Source: an uncultured Flavobacterium sp. (lineage in GTDB: Bacteria; Bacteroidota; Bacteroidia; Flavobacteriales; Flavobacteriaceae). From it: DNA of 64,000 nt. Positions within the stretch are counted from its first letter, which is position 1. The number at the start of each line of letters is the position of its first letter. The notes beneath the pieces are model-generated. The model was not told where the DNA came from, did no database searches, and worked only from the letters and a program-made list of their open reading frames with translations. Location of the stretch: assembly GCA_937773775.1 (NCBI GenBank), contig CALJVL010000019.1, positions 40,862 through 104,861 on the forward strand, in the 5' to 3' direction. Shown piece by piece: positions 1 to 10,505 of this stretch. The translations under genes were made by a program, and so were the position numbers.

Positions 1-1821
1 AGTCAAAAATTCTCTTAGTGCATTGGCGCGGGCGCGGGTTGTATCTTTCTCGTTTCGAGTGGCTCTATAACTAGGACACATAGTACCACCTGCCGATGCT
101 GGTTTTCTACAATCACCAGAGCCATTGCATTTTTCGGCTGCGCGTAAAACCCCTAAACTATCTGAAAAGTCCTGAATGGTTTTAATATCTGGTTCGACTC
201 TTCCCGCTTCAAAACGAAGATTTTCATCCATTTTTAAAGCATTCACAATTTTTCCCATATTCAAAACTGAATGTGGATCGAAAGCTAACTTAATGCGCTT
301 CAACAATTCGTAGTTTTTGTCTCCAATCATAAAAGGCAAGAATTCTCCACGAACTATACCATCACCATGTTCTCCGCTTAGGGAACCTCTATATTTTTTT
401 ACCAAAACGGCCACTTCGGTAGCAATAGCCCTAAATTGATATAATCCCTCTTTTGTTTTTAGGTTCAAAATAGGTCGCAAATGGATTTCTCCGGCTCCAG
501 CGTGCGCATAATAAATAGCATCCTGACCGTGTTTTTTCATCATAGCAGAAAAGTCGGCAATATAATGGGGTAAATCACTCAATTCAACCGCCGTATCTTC
601 TATAGAATCGGCTGCCTTGTCATCGCCCACAATACTGCCCAAGAGACCGAGACCTGCTCTGCGCAATTCATTTATTTTATCAATGTCTGTACCATATATT
701 TTAGGTCGCGCATAGCCAAAATTATTGTTTTCGAGATCGGCTATCAAAGCATTCGCTTGCTTTTCAGCATCTTCCATACTTAGGTATGAAGCGACTTCCA
801 TCATAAGTACAGCCTTGGGATCACCTTGAATAAAGAATCGGTTTTTAGCTTGTTCTCTGTTGGTTTTTGTACAATTCAAAATGGTATCATCCATCATTTC
901 ACAAGTGTACAAATGATGTTTCATTGCGGTAATTACCGCTTCCAAACTTTCTTGGATACTATGAAAATGGGCTACTACCATCACATTATTTGTGGGCGGC
1001 AAATCATCCACTTTGAGAGTAACTTCAGTCGTAAAAGCCAAAGTACCCTCACTTCCACAAAGTAATTTCCCCACATTTATTGTAAGTTCATTTCCTGAAA
1101 ACAAATCTGATTTTAATAAAGTATCGACTGCATAACCGGTGTTTCTGCGGTGGATTTCAGGTTTTGGAAATTCTTTTTTAATTTCTTCTTGGGTAGCTAA
1201 CACTGAAAGTTCTTCGTATAGTTTCCTGTAAATAGAACTTTCTAAGCTATCTCCTTTTGTCTTTTCAACAAATTCAGTCGAAGTCAATTCCCCAAAAACA
1301 ACTTGGGAGCCGTCACTCAAAACGGCTTTTATCTCCACAATTTTATCTCTAGTAACTCCGTAGCGTATGGACGTAGTTCCGGATGAATTATTTCCTACCA
1401 TACCGCCTATCATGCAGCGGCTAGAAGTCGAGGTATTGGGGCCAAAAAACAAACCATAGGGCTTTAAATAGAGGTTCAACTCATCCCGAATTACTCCCGG
1501 CTGAACCGTAATTGTGCTTTCTTCTTTATTAAAGGAGACAATATTTGTAAAATGTTTAGACACATCGACTATGATTCCATCCCCCACAGTTTGACCCGCT
1601 AAGGACGTTCCTGCTGTTCTCGGGGTCAGCGAAGTTTTGTGCTTTTCGGCAAAATGGACCAACTTTACAATATCCTGATTCGTTTTGGGCAACGCTACTG
1701 CTAAAGGCATTATCCGGTATGCAGAAGCATCTGTCGCATAGAGGGTCTTATGAAGATCATCGTATAAAAGTGTTCCTTCTAATGATTCGGATAACTGCTT
1801 TAATTGATCAGAGTTGGGCAT
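1..1821 (-). CDS. FAD-binding plus Cys-rich (Fe-S) oxidoreductase, GlcD/D-lactate-dehydrogenase-like; first ~607 codons, continues past window start
   Basis: Absent from the ORF track because it is open at the window edge. The reverse complement from ATG (1821-1819) reads MPNSDQLKQLSESLEGTLLYDDLHKTLYATDASAYRIMPLAVALPKTNQDIVKLVHFAEKHKTSLTPRTAGTSLAGQTVGDG (FAD_binding_4-like). The same frame at nt 150-1 reads EKCNGSGDCRKPASAGGTMCPSYRATRNEKDTTRARANALREFL (Cys-cluster motif) with no stop. Confidence 0.8.
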   Translation of the reverse strand, partial: MPNSDQLKQLSESLEGTLLYDDLHKTLYATDASAYRIMPLAVALPKTNQDIVKLVHFAEKHKTSLTPRTAGTSLAGQTVGDGIIVDVSKHFTNIVSFNKEESTITVQPGVIRDELNLYLKPYGLFFGPNTSTSSRCMIGGMVGNNSSGTTSIRYGVTRDKIVEIKAVLSDGSQVVFGELTSTEFVEKTKGDSLESSIYRKLYEELSVLATQEEIKKEFPKPEIHRRNTGYAVDTLLKSDLFSGNELTINVGKLLCGSEGTLAFTTEVTLKVDDLPPTNNVMVVAHFHSIQESLEAVITAMKHHLYTCEMMDDTILNCTKTNREQAKNRFFIQGDPKAVLMMEVASYLSMEDAEKQANALIADLENNNFGYARPKIYGTDIDKINELRRAGLGLLGSIVGDDKAADSIEDTAVELSDLPHYIADFSAMMKKHGQDAIYYAHAGAGEIHLRPILNLKTKEGLYQFRAIATEVAVLVKKYRGSLSGEHGDGIVRGEFLPFMIGDKNYELLKRIKLAFDPHSVLNMGKIVNALKMDENLRFEAGRVEPDIKTIQDFSDSLGVLRAAEKCNGSGDCRKPASAGGTMCPSYRATRNEKDTTRARANALREFLT

Positions 1822-2099
1822 GGGTAATAAAATATTATTGAGTGTATTTAGAAAAACTGGCTTACAGTATCATTTGACAAATATAATTATATAGTACATC
1901 ACTATTTCATAATTGAAACAAGAAAGTATCACAAAAAAGCAGAGTCTTTTTTAACGTCTTTGAATTTTAGTAGGTAACGTTTCTCAACATATTCGGCAAA
2001 AAAATTATAATTATAAAGCATAGAAGAAGATTAATACTATTTTGTCTTTTAAACTTCGCTAAAAAAACTATTTTTGAATTCTATAAAAATGCAACAATA

Positions 2100-3677
2100 A
2101 TGAACCGAAACAAATCCATAGTACTACTACTTTCAATTTTTTTATTGCCGTTTTGTATTTTGACGGCACAAGAAAACGCTATGCATCCAAAAAGTGAATT
2201 CAGAGCTGTGTGGATTGCCACAGTTGTGAATATCGACTGGCCAAAAGCGGGCACTGATCCCATTGAAAAGCAGAAAGCGGATTTCATTGAAATTTTAGAT
2301 ACCTACAAAAAACTAAACTATAATGCCGTGATTGTCCAAATCAGAAGTGTAGGAGATGCTTTCTACCCTTCGCAACTGGCTCCATGGTCCAAGTACTTAA
2401 CGGGAAAAGAAGGACAGGCTCCGAGTCCGTATTATGACCCATTGGAATGGATGATTACAGAAACTCATGCCAGAGGTTTTGAATTTCATGCTTGGTTAAA
2501 CCCGTATCGGGCCACGATGGATTTAAACACAGCCGTTTTAAGTCCAACACATGATTTCTACAAGCATCCCGAATGGATGATTAAATATGGCGGGAAGTAT
2601 TACTACAACCCGGCTTTGACTGAGGTTCAAACGCATTTGATAGCGGTCGTTGACGAGGTGGTAAAAAATTATGATATTGATGCGATCCATTTTGATGATT
2701 ATTTCTATCCCTACAAAATAAAAGGAGAAGAGTTTGATGATTCAGAATCTTTCAAGAAATTTAGTGACGGAATGGGTCTGGCTGACTGGAGACGTCTAAA
2801 TGTCAATAATTTTGTAAAATATTGCTCCTATTCTATAAAAAAAATCAAGCCATGGGTTCAATTTGGCATTAGCCCGTTTGGGGTTTGGCGTAACAAATCC
2901 GTAGATCCAAAAGGCTCTGATACCAATTCTGGCCAAACCAATTACGATGATTTGTTTGCCGATCCAATGGCCTGGATGGAACACAGTTGGGTTGACTATA
3001 TACTGCCCCAATTGTACTGGAGTATGGATCATCGCACCGCTTCGTACACAAAGCTATTAAAATGGTGGGCTGAAAACTCAATAAATACTGCAGTCTATAT
3101 CGGAAACGGTAGCTATAAAATCAATACCGACTCTGACAAAAAGTGGCATATTCCTTCTGAAATACCAAACCAGATTGACATAACCCGATCCTACAACAAC
3201 ATTGGAGGAAACGCATTTTTCAGTGCTAAATCATTGTTCAACAGAAACAAAGCCGTCACTGAATTGCTTCTGGAAAACCAATACAAGTATCCGGCACTTC
3301 CTACTGTGGTTCCCAATTTTAGAAAAATAGTAATGGATGTACCTACAGTTTACAAAGTTTCTAATAGCAATGATTCTACAACCTACGCCATCAACTACCC
3401 TATAAAAAGCAAGGTCCGCTACGTTTTGGTCTATGCCGCCAAAAATTCCGCAAAAATGAACGTAAATGACCCAAGCCAAATTATTGACAAGATAGCTTTC
3501 AATGAAAAAAACGGCAAGATTTCTATCGTTATCAAAAATAATAATTCAGAAAAAAACACCAACTACGCTCTTTCATTTATCGATTTCTACGGCAATGAAA
3601 GTGAAGCTACTTTATTACAAACGACAGCAGAAACCAAAACACCCCAAAGTTTTTTAAATAATGGAAACAGACAATAG
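2100..3677 (+). CDS. GHL10/DUF187-type putative glycoside hydrolase lipoprotein (YngK/YddW-like)
   Basis: 525-aa ORF with a signal peptide (MNRNKSIVLLLSIFLLPFCILTAQ). FRAVWIATVVNIDWP and HAWLNPYR motifs are typical of this TIM-barrel family. It sits next to ampG and a GH3 gene. Confidence 0.6.
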   Translation: MNRNKSIVLLLSIFLLPFCILTAQENAMHPKSEFRAVWIATVVNIDWPKAGTDPIEKQKADFIEILDTYKKLNYNAVIVQIRSVGDAFYPSQLAPWSKYLTGKEGQAPSPYYDPLEWMITETHARGFEFHAWLNPYRATMDLNTAVLSPTHDFYKHPEWMIKYGGKYYYNPALTEVQTHLIAVVDEVVKNYDIDAIHFDDYFYPYKIKGEEFDDSESFKKFSDGMGLADWRRLNVNNFVKYCSYSIKKIKPWVQFGISPFGVWRNKSVDPKGSDTNSGQTNYDDLFADPMAWMEHSWVDYILPQLYWSMDHRTASYTKLLKWWAENSINTAVYIGNGSYKINTDSDKKWHIPSEIPNQIDITRSYNNIGGNAFFSAKSLFNRNKAVTELLLENQYKYPALPTVVPNFRKIVMDVPTVYKVSNSNDSTTYAINYPIKSKVRYVLVYAAKNSAKMNVNDPSQIIDKIAFNEKNGKISIVIKNNNSEKNTNYALSFIDFYGNESEATLLQTTAETKTPQSFLNNGNRQ

Positions 3678-4936
3678 ACCCTGGTACTGGATACCATTTT
3701 TAAACTTTGCCTCGGGCCTACCTTACGCTATTATCATTTCAGTTTCGGTAATCATGTACAAAAGTCTTGGAGTCAACAATGAAGATATTGGTGTTTATAC
3801 TAGCTTATTGTATCTTCCTTGGGTGATTAAACCCTTGTGGAGCCCTTTTATTGATCTATATTCGACCAAAAGAAAGTGGTTTTTAGCTATGCAGTTCGTA
3901 ATTTCGATTGCCTTTTTGGTAGTAGGGTTAAGCATTCCGATGAACAACTTTTTTATTATAAGTTTAGCTGTCTTTTGGGTTGCCGCTTTTGCATCGGCCT
4001 CCAATGATGTTGCGAGTGACGGTTTTTATATGTTGGCCTTAGAGAAAGAACAACAATCTTTTTTTCTGGGAATACGCAGTACCTTCTATCGCCTTTCCAT
4101 GCTTACCGGAAATGGTTTAATTGTAATCATAGGTGGTTATTTGGAACAAGAATATGGTGACAAACAGAAAGCATGGTCCTATACTATGATCATTGTTGGC
4201 TTCATAATGGCAGTGCTGACGGTCTACAATTACTTTTCTACCCCAAGGACGGAAACAAAAATTACCAACAAACAAACAGAATCGGGCCCAAAAGTGAGCT
4301 TTGGGGCTGTTTTCTCTAGTTTTTTTCCAAAAGAAACAGATTGGGCTGGCTCTGACATTTATCTTATTGTTCAGGTTGGGTGAATCCCAGCTCTTAAAAA
4401 TGCTTACTCCTTTTCTGATCGATAATCAAGATGTTGGAGGAATGGGTTTGACCACCCAGGATGTCGGGGTAATTTACGGTACCTTTGGTGTAATTTCATT
4501 AACGATAGGAGGAATCATTGGGGGAATTGTAATATCTCGAGACGGATTAGGAAAATGGATGTTACCAATGATTCTGGCTATGCACTTACCCATTGTTGGA
4601 TTCATATTACTTTCTCATTTTCATCCTGAATCAGTTTATTATGTATACGCGACCGTTATTGCGGAACAATTTGGCTATGGTTTTGGTTTTGCCGCCTTTA
4701 TGATGTATTTAATTTATATTGCTGATGGCGAGTCAAAGACCTCCCATTATTCCATTGCCACCGGATTTATGGCTTTAGGAATGATGCTCCCGGGAATGCT
4801 AAGCGGCTTTATTCAGGAGTACTTAGGTTACGGAAACTTCTTTGTTTGGGTATTTGTTGCTACTATCCCTGGGTTGATACTATCACGGTTCCTGATATTC
4901 CCGAAAGAATTTGGAAAAAAATCAGAAAAAAAGTAA
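3661..4936 (+). pseudogene. ampG: AmpG-family muropeptide MFS permease, split into two ORFs (3661-4383, 4301-4936) by a +1 frameshift in a T7 run
   Basis: The two overlapping ORFs are both multi-TM. The N-terminus PWYWIPFLNFASGLPYAII is AmpG-like. Deleting one T from T7 at 4320-4326 gives the continuous reading ...GAVFSSFFQKKQIGLALTFILLFRLGESQ... Confidence 0.8.
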
Positions 4937-5334
4937 TTGTGCCATTTAATAAAACTAAATATTTAATTTAGCTACCAAGTCACTTATTTTTTTAAAATCT
5001 GTGTAAAAAAAATGGAAGCAACCGCAACGCTATATTAATTTTAAATCTGTATTCTTGAGGTTGATATTTATCATAGCATAGTTTAGTCAGTGAAACTGCG
5101 ACAAAAAAAACAACATAAAGGAACGAGAATGACACGGATTCGCTATCACGAAAACGCAGATGAAACTGATTTTAAATTGTTTGCGCACAATATAAAAATG
5201 TATTTTTCTTTTGACACGGATGCGAAGATTTAAAAACAATATATATTCAAAGATTTTAAAAACCAGTACTTTTCCGCATCTTTACGGATTAAATCCGCTT
5301 CATCCGCGTTCCATTAGCTACAAAATCGAATAAA

Positions 5335-6933
5335 ATGACATTAGAACAAAAAATAGGTCAATTCTTTTTTCCAGCCGTTTTCATAAACGATACTGAAGAA
5401 AATATTCAGGCAATGGAACAACTCATTAGAGATTATAACATTGGCGGTCTTACGTTTTTTCATAGCAGAGCCAGTGCGGCAGCGAATTATGAAACCAAAA
5501 AGAATGTTATTTTTAATGATAATAGCTATCACCAACTGAAAGACCTGATTGTGCGATATCAAAATTGTGCATCCATTCCTTTGTTAATGAGTATTGATGC
5601 CGAGTGGGGACTGGCAATGCGTGTAGAAAAAACACCCCAATATCCGTATGCGGTTACGCTGGGGGCTCTACCGGACAGCGAATCCCATTTAGTTTACGAA
5701 CTTGGAAGACAAATAGGCTTAGACCTAAAATCAGCAGGGATTAATTATAATTTAGCACCATTGGCCGACATCAACAATAACCCTAATAATCCAGTTATCG
5801 GATATCGTTCTTTTGGTGAAAACAAGGAAAAAGTAGCCCGATTTGCCCTCGAATATTTAAGAGGAATGAGTGATGTGGGAGTTTTGGGCTGCTTAAAACA
5901 TTTTCCCGGTCACGGGAATACTAATGTGGACTCCCATTTGGGTTTGCCCGTTTTAGAAGAAAATCTGGAACAACTATTAGAAAACGAATTGTATCCCTTC
6001 ATCAAAGGAATTGAAAACAATGTCGACTCCATAATGATAGGACATCTAGCAGTTCCAGCTTTAAATGAAGGAAAAGACACCTCGGCTACCTTATCAAAAT
6101 CCGTAATTGAAGACCTTTTGCGAAAGCGATTAGGATATGACGGTCTAGTGATTTCAGATGCGCTGAATATGCATAGTGTTTCCCAACTGTTCGACAAAAA
6201 AGGAGAGTTGGAATGGGAAGCTTTCAATGCTGGTAATGACGTATTGTGCTTTGCGGAAAATGTGCGCGAAGGCATACAGGAAATTTTAAAAAATGCGAGT
6301 CCACTGCGCATTGAAGCCAGTTACTCCCGCTTGATGAAGTGCAAAAAGAAGGCAAATATACTGGACAACCATCAAACTAATCAGGTAGATCTGGATTTTG
6401 AAATGACATCACTTCTGAACATGAAATTAGCGCAGAGTAGCATAACGATGATTAAAGATACTGGCAATAGTGCTATGATTTTTGAGTCCTGCAACAAAGG
6501 AAAATTGGCACTACTGAGCCTTCACAAAAGTATAGATAATCCATTTTTTAATTCTCTAACAGCTGCATTAGAGGCACCATTATTTTCTGTTGACATAATA
6601 GCAAAACAAACCGTGACTTCGATAGAACAAAACCTTAGTTTATTTGATACTGTATTAATTGCTTTATACGTTCCGAAAGTAAAACCTACGAATAATTTTG
6701 AACTTATGCCCGAAGTTTTAGAAGTATTAGATTGTTTATTACAAGCAAAAAAATGTGTGCTCTATGTTTTTGGAAACCCATATGCATTACAGGCCTTACC
6801 TAATTTAAAGTTAGCTGCCGGAATTGTTCAAGTCTATCAAGATTTTATTGAATTTCAAGAGAATGCTGCGGCGCAATTACTAAACAATACTTTATGTGAA
6901 GGGAGTTTACCAGTTCATTTAAATGGAATTTAG
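5335..6933 (+). CDS. nagZ: Glycoside hydrolase family 3, beta-N-acetylhexosaminidase (NagZ-like) with C-terminal extension
   Basis: 532-aa ORF with GH3 N-terminal motifs (SIDAEWGLAMR, KHFPGHGNTNVDSH, ISDALNM). Confidence 0.75.
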   Translation: MTLEQKIGQFFFPAVFINDTEENIQAMEQLIRDYNIGGLTFFHSRASAAANYETKKNVIFNDNSYHQLKDLIVRYQNCASIPLLMSIDAEWGLAMRVEKTPQYPYAVTLGALPDSESHLVYELGRQIGLDLKSAGINYNLAPLADINNNPNNPVIGYRSFGENKEKVARFALEYLRGMSDVGVLGCLKHFPGHGNTNVDSHLGLPVLEENLEQLLENELYPFIKGIENNVDSIMIGHLAVPALNEGKDTSATLSKSVIEDLLRKRLGYDGLVISDALNMHSVSQLFDKKGELEWEAFNAGNDVLCFAENVREGIQEILKNASPLRIEASYSRLMKCKKKANILDNHQTNQVDLDFEMTSLLNMKLAQSSITMIKDTGNSAMIFESCNKGKLALLSLHKSIDNPFFNSLTAALEAPLFSVDIIAKQTVTSIEQNLSLFDTVLIALYVPKVKPTNNFELMPEVLEVLDCLLQAKKCVLYVFGNPYALQALPNLKLAAGIVQVYQDFIEFQENAAAQLLNNTLCEGSLPVHLNGI

Positions 6934-7168
6934 CAGTATTTAAAAAAACCTTTTCTCCTATTGTTTAAGAATGATTTTGCTTTAGTAAAGGGAAAACCAT
7001 TACAACTTAAATTGAAACCAACTCAAAATCAAATCCTAAGCTTCAAAAGGCTACATTATAAACTGATATTATTTTTCAAAACAGCAGCTGACAATAATTA
7101 ATCTCTAAAATATCACTTTAGGCTTTTAGCCAGTTTTTTATCTATATTGCGATCTCAAACGATATAGC

Positions 7169-8623
7169 ATGGACACCAATATAAAGAGAAACAAAGAATT
7201 ATCGATAACAGAAGCTTTGATTCCCGTCGTGGCACTTATAGCTATGTTAGGTTACAACGTTGCCGTTTATGGAGATGAGGCTTTGAGCGGCAGTAATCAA
7301 TTTGTTCTATTGTTAGGTGCCGCTGTTGCAGCAATTGTCGGTTTTTTCAATAAAGTCAGTTTCACTAAAATGATGGAAGAAGTAGCCGAAAACATTAAAT
7401 CAACGGTAGGCGCAATACTTATATTACTAATGGTTGGCGCATTGGCGGGAACCTGGTTAGTGAGCGGAATAATTCCTTCGATGATCTATTACGGATTGCA
7501 GATTTTAAGTCCTGCGATATTTTTACCAGCCACTTTGATTATCTGTTCGATAATTTCTATCGCCACAGGGAGTTCTTGGACAACAAGTGCCACCGTGGGG
7601 ATTGCCTTAATAGGTGTTGGGGGAGCACTGGGCTTCGATTTAGGAATGGTAGCCGGAGCAGTTATTTCTGGAGCCTATTTCGGAGACAAATTATCTCCGA
7701 TGTCAGACACGACGAATCTTGCCCCTGCTATGGCCGGTACCGATTTGTTTACTCACATCAGATATATGACCTTAACGACGATACCAACTTACCTTATCAC
7801 TCTGATTATATTCATATGTTTAGGCTTATCCGTTGAAATAAATGGAAATGTAGATATTGCTAGTCTTTTATCTGATATTGAAGCTTCATTCACGATTTCG
7901 CCATGGTTATTTTTGGTACCTGTAATCGTAATAGGCTTAATCATCAAAAAAACCGAACCCTTAATTGCACTTTTGGTGGGTACATTACTAGCTGCAATTT
8001 TTTCGATCATATTTCAACCACAAATAATCAATCAAATTGCTGGTGTAGAACAAATGACATTTGAATCTGGTTATAAAGCTGTGATGGATGCAATTACTGG
8101 TAAAGTAGTTATACAAACCGAAAACAAAACACTTGCTGATTTATTTACCTCTGGCGGAATGCAAAAAATGCTAGGAACTATTTGGCTAATTATTTGTGCA
8201 ATGGTTTTCGGAGGAATTATGGATGCAATTGGAGCTTTATCCAGAATAAGCCAGACTCTTTTAAAAATGGCACATACCACTTTTGGATTGTTTGCTTCAA
8301 CAGTGGGAAGCTGTATGGCTTTAAATATTACTGCTTCAGATCAATACTTAGCAATTGTGGTTCCTGGTAAAATGTTTGCTAAAGCCTACGAAGACAAGGG
8401 TCTTGCTCCCGAAAATTTAAGTAGAACATTAGAAGACGCGGGAACGGTAACTTCTGTATTGATTCCATGGAATACTTGCGGTGCCTATCAATCAGGCACA
8501 TTAGGAGTTTCAACAATTGATTATTTACCTTACGCCTTTTTTAACCTTATGAGTCCTTTTATGACGTTAATCTTCGCAGCATTCAACGTTAAAATAAGAC
8601 AATTAGTTACAGATAAAGAATAG
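7169..8623 (+). CDS. nhaC: Na+/H+ antiporter NhaC family
   Basis: 484-aa polytopic membrane ORF with typical NhaC-family sequence (GSSWTTSATVGIALIG, SPMSDTTNLAP). Confidence 0.8.
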   Translation: MDTNIKRNKELSITEALIPVVALIAMLGYNVAVYGDEALSGSNQFVLLLGAAVAAIVGFFNKVSFTKMMEEVAENIKSTVGAILILLMVGALAGTWLVSGIIPSMIYYGLQILSPAIFLPATLIICSIISIATGSSWTTSATVGIALIGVGGALGFDLGMVAGAVISGAYFGDKLSPMSDTTNLAPAMAGTDLFTHIRYMTLTTIPTYLITLIIFICLGLSVEINGNVDIASLLSDIEASFTISPWLFLVPVIVIGLIIKKTEPLIALLVGTLLAAIFSIIFQPQIINQIAGVEQMTFESGYKAVMDAITGKVVIQTENKTLADLFTSGGMQKMLGTIWLIICAMVFGGIMDAIGALSRISQTLLKMAHTTFGLFASTVGSCMALNITASDQYLAIVVPGKMFAKAYEDKGLAPENLSRTLEDAGTVTSVLIPWNTCGAYQSGTLGVSTIDYLPYAFFNLMSPFMTLIFAAFNVKIRQLVTDKE

Positions 8624-8770
8624 TAAGAAACCACATAAATAAAATAAACCATAATGTAAAACCATGACTTCATTTAGGTTATAGTTTTTTGTTTTATATC
8701 AATAATTAAAACTTATAATTAGATAAAAATTTATAATTGAAAATGAGATAAAATAGCCTCTCTTATTGTT

Positions 8771-8778
8771 TAACTTTG
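8771..8778 (+). promoter_or_regulatory. Candidate Bacteroidota -7 promoter element (TAACTTTG) upstream of the peroxiredoxin gene
   Basis: Matches the TAnnTTTG consensus 38 nt upstream of ATG 8816. No convincing -33 element was seen. Confidence 0.35.
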
Positions 8779-8815
8779 CAGCGTAATTGATAAACAAACA
8801 TTAAATAAAATTATT

Positions 8816-9454
8816 ATGTCATTAGTAGGAAAAAAATTCCCAAGTATTGCAGTTGACGCGATCTCAGAAATGGGAGACAACATGAAAATTAACATTTTTG
8901 AAGAAGCTACAAAAAACAACAAAAAAGTTCTTTTGTTTTGGTATCCAAAAGACTTTACCTTCGTTTGTCCTACAGAACTTCACGCTTTTCAAGCTGCATT
9001 ACCTGAATTTGAAAAAAGAAATACAATAGTTATTGGCGCTTCTTGTGATACAAATGAAGTTCACTTTGCTTGGTTAAATACTGCAAAAAACAATGGTGGT
9101 ATCGAAGGCGTTACTTACCCTATCCTTGCTGACACTAACAGAAACTTATCAAACATCTTAGGAATTCTTGATGTTGATTCAACTGAATATAGCGAAGAAA
9201 CGGATTCAATTATAATTGAAGGATCTAACGTTACTTTCAGAGCTACTTATTTGATTGATGAAACCGGGAAGATTTTCCACGAAAGTGTTAACGATATGCC
9301 ATTAGGACGTAACGTGAACGAATACTTACGTATGGTTGATGCTTATACTCATATTCAAGAAAAAGGAGAAGTATGTCCTGCAAACTGGGAAGCAGGAAAA
9401 GAAGCAATGAGTGCAGACAGAAAAAGTACAGCTGAATACTTAAGTTTAAACTAA
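8816..9454 (+). CDS. ahpC: Typical 2-Cys peroxiredoxin (AhpC/Prx1 type)
   Basis: 212 aa. Peroxidatic motif DFTFVCPTE and resolving-Cys motif GEVCPANW. Confidence 0.9.
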   Translation: MSLVGKKFPSIAVDAISEMGDNMKINIFEEATKNNKKVLLFWYPKDFTFVCPTELHAFQAALPEFEKRNTIVIGASCDTNEVHFAWLNTAKNNGGIEGVTYPILADTNRNLSNILGILDVDSTEYSEETDSIIIEGSNVTFRATYLIDETGKIFHESVNDMPLGRNVNEYLRMVDAYTHIQEKGEVCPANWEAGKEAMSADRKSTAEYLSLN

Positions 9455-9619
9455 TTTCTTAGAGTATAAAAGTTGCAAAGGCATTTAGCTTCAGATTTTT
9501 AATTTTGAAAATTAAGTCTTTTTTGTCAATTTCTTCGCAACTTTATCTCTTTAACCCTTTTTAAAAACCTTTGCAATTTTGTTCCCCTGAACCTTTGCAA
9601 CCAAAAAAAACAAAAACAA

Positions 9620-9928
9620 ATGTTAATAGATTTAACCGAAGATACTTTAGGTGATTTAATATCACAGAATGATAAGGTAGTTGTCCAATTTTCAGCATCT
9701 TGGTGCGGAAACTGTAGAATAATGAAACCAAAATTTAAAAGATTGGCTTCAGATAACGAAACAATTGCTTTTGTACTTATTGATGCTGAAAACTCTCCAG
9801 AATCAAGAAAATTGGCGAATGTAAGTAACCTACCTACTTTTGCCACTTTTGTGAATGGAAAATTGGTAAATGAGACGCAAACAAACAAGCAAGAAGTTCT
9901 AATTGAATTAGTGAGTGAAATTATTTAA
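9620..9928 (+). CDS. Thioredoxin-family protein
   Basis: 102 aa with a WCGNC active site in a thioredoxin-fold context. Confidence 0.85.
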   Translation: MLIDLTEDTLGDLISQNDKVVVQFSASWCGNCRIMKPKFKRLASDNETIAFVLIDAENSPESRKLANVSNLPTFATFVNGKLVNETQTNKQEVLIELVSEII

Positions 9929-10046
9929 TTTTCTTATTTCAAGTTTAATGTTGACCGAGTTTGCCAACAAGTTTAATTTTAAACTAAAAGCAACATGCCC
10001 AAGCAGCTAAAAACCTTAAACTTTTAAAACTTTAAACTAAAAAAAC

Positions 10047-10304
10047 ATGAAATTACCAGTAATTAAACACTTAACGCAATTCATAGAAGAAAACGACCAA
10101 GATTACATCATTGAAACAATAGATGTTCTGGAGGCGATGACTGAAATTCCTTCATTAAAAGATGAAGAATTAGATGTTATAGGAGAATTAATTTCTAATA
10201 TGTACGGCGCATTAGAGGTACATAAAATGGTCAAAAACGGAACAGATAAGAAAGAAGCGCTAAATACTTTTATGAAACGTGTTTTGAGTTCCATCGACAA
10301 ATAA
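10047..10304 (+). CDS. Small acidic hypothetical protein
   Basis: 85-aa ORF in the same direction as, and between, the trx-like gene and tpx. No motif recognised. Confidence 0.45.
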   Translation: MKLPVIKHLTQFIEENDQDYIIETIDVLEAMTEIPSLKDEELDVIGELISNMYGALEVHKMVKNGTDKKEALNTFMKRVLSSIDK

Positions 10305-10333
10305 AAAATAACTTATATTACAGTTCTAGAATA

Positions 10334-10364
10334 AACGCACTTAGAAATAGCTGCGTTTTTTTTT
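10334..10364 (+). terminator. Candidate intrinsic terminator
   Basis: AACGCA ... TGCGTT 6-bp stem followed by a T9 run, 30 nt after the stop at 10304. Confidence 0.45.
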
Positions 10365-10474
10365 GCGTCTAAAACGGATTAATTAAAAGTGAGTTGGTTT
10401 GCAATAGTTTGAGGCCAGTTCTAAAGTATCCAACTTATACAGAACTTTCAGGACTAAATCTTAAATAATTTTCA

Positions 10475-10482
10475 TACTTTTG
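10475..10482 (+). promoter_or_regulatory. Candidate -7 promoter element (TACTTTTG) upstream of tpx
   Basis: TAnnTTTG match 24 nt upstream of ATG 10506. Confidence 0.35.
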
Positions 10483-10505
10483 AACTTCAACAAAAAAAAC
10501 AAATT

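Noticed and set aside
826-1065. 79-aa plus-strand ORF.
   Set aside because: It lies entirely inside the well-supported minus-strand FAD/Fe-S oxidoreductase reading frame, so it is a shadow ORF.
4320-4326. I considered programmed ribosomal frameshifting at the homopolymer sites.
   Set aside because: None of the gene families involved (AmpG, HipA-like kinase, primase-like, MauE-like) is known to use programmed frameshifting. Four independent cases in 64 kb are better explained by miscalled runs or by mutation.
5910-6311. 133-aa antisense ORF within the GH3 gene. Many similar antisense ORFs appear in the track (e.g. 2081-2287, 2796-3081, 12481-12726, 13174-13669, 16120-16953, 27853-28119, 46274-46555, 48397-49348, 57168-59413).
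   Set aside because: All are embedded antisense or out of frame within long ORFs that have clear family motifs. They have low-complexity or odd composition and no motifs, so I treated them as spurious.
9526-9888. 120-aa minus-strand ORF overlapping the thioredoxin gene.
   Set aside because: The plus-strand ORF carries the WCGNC thioredoxin active site. The minus-strand ORF has no recognisable features.
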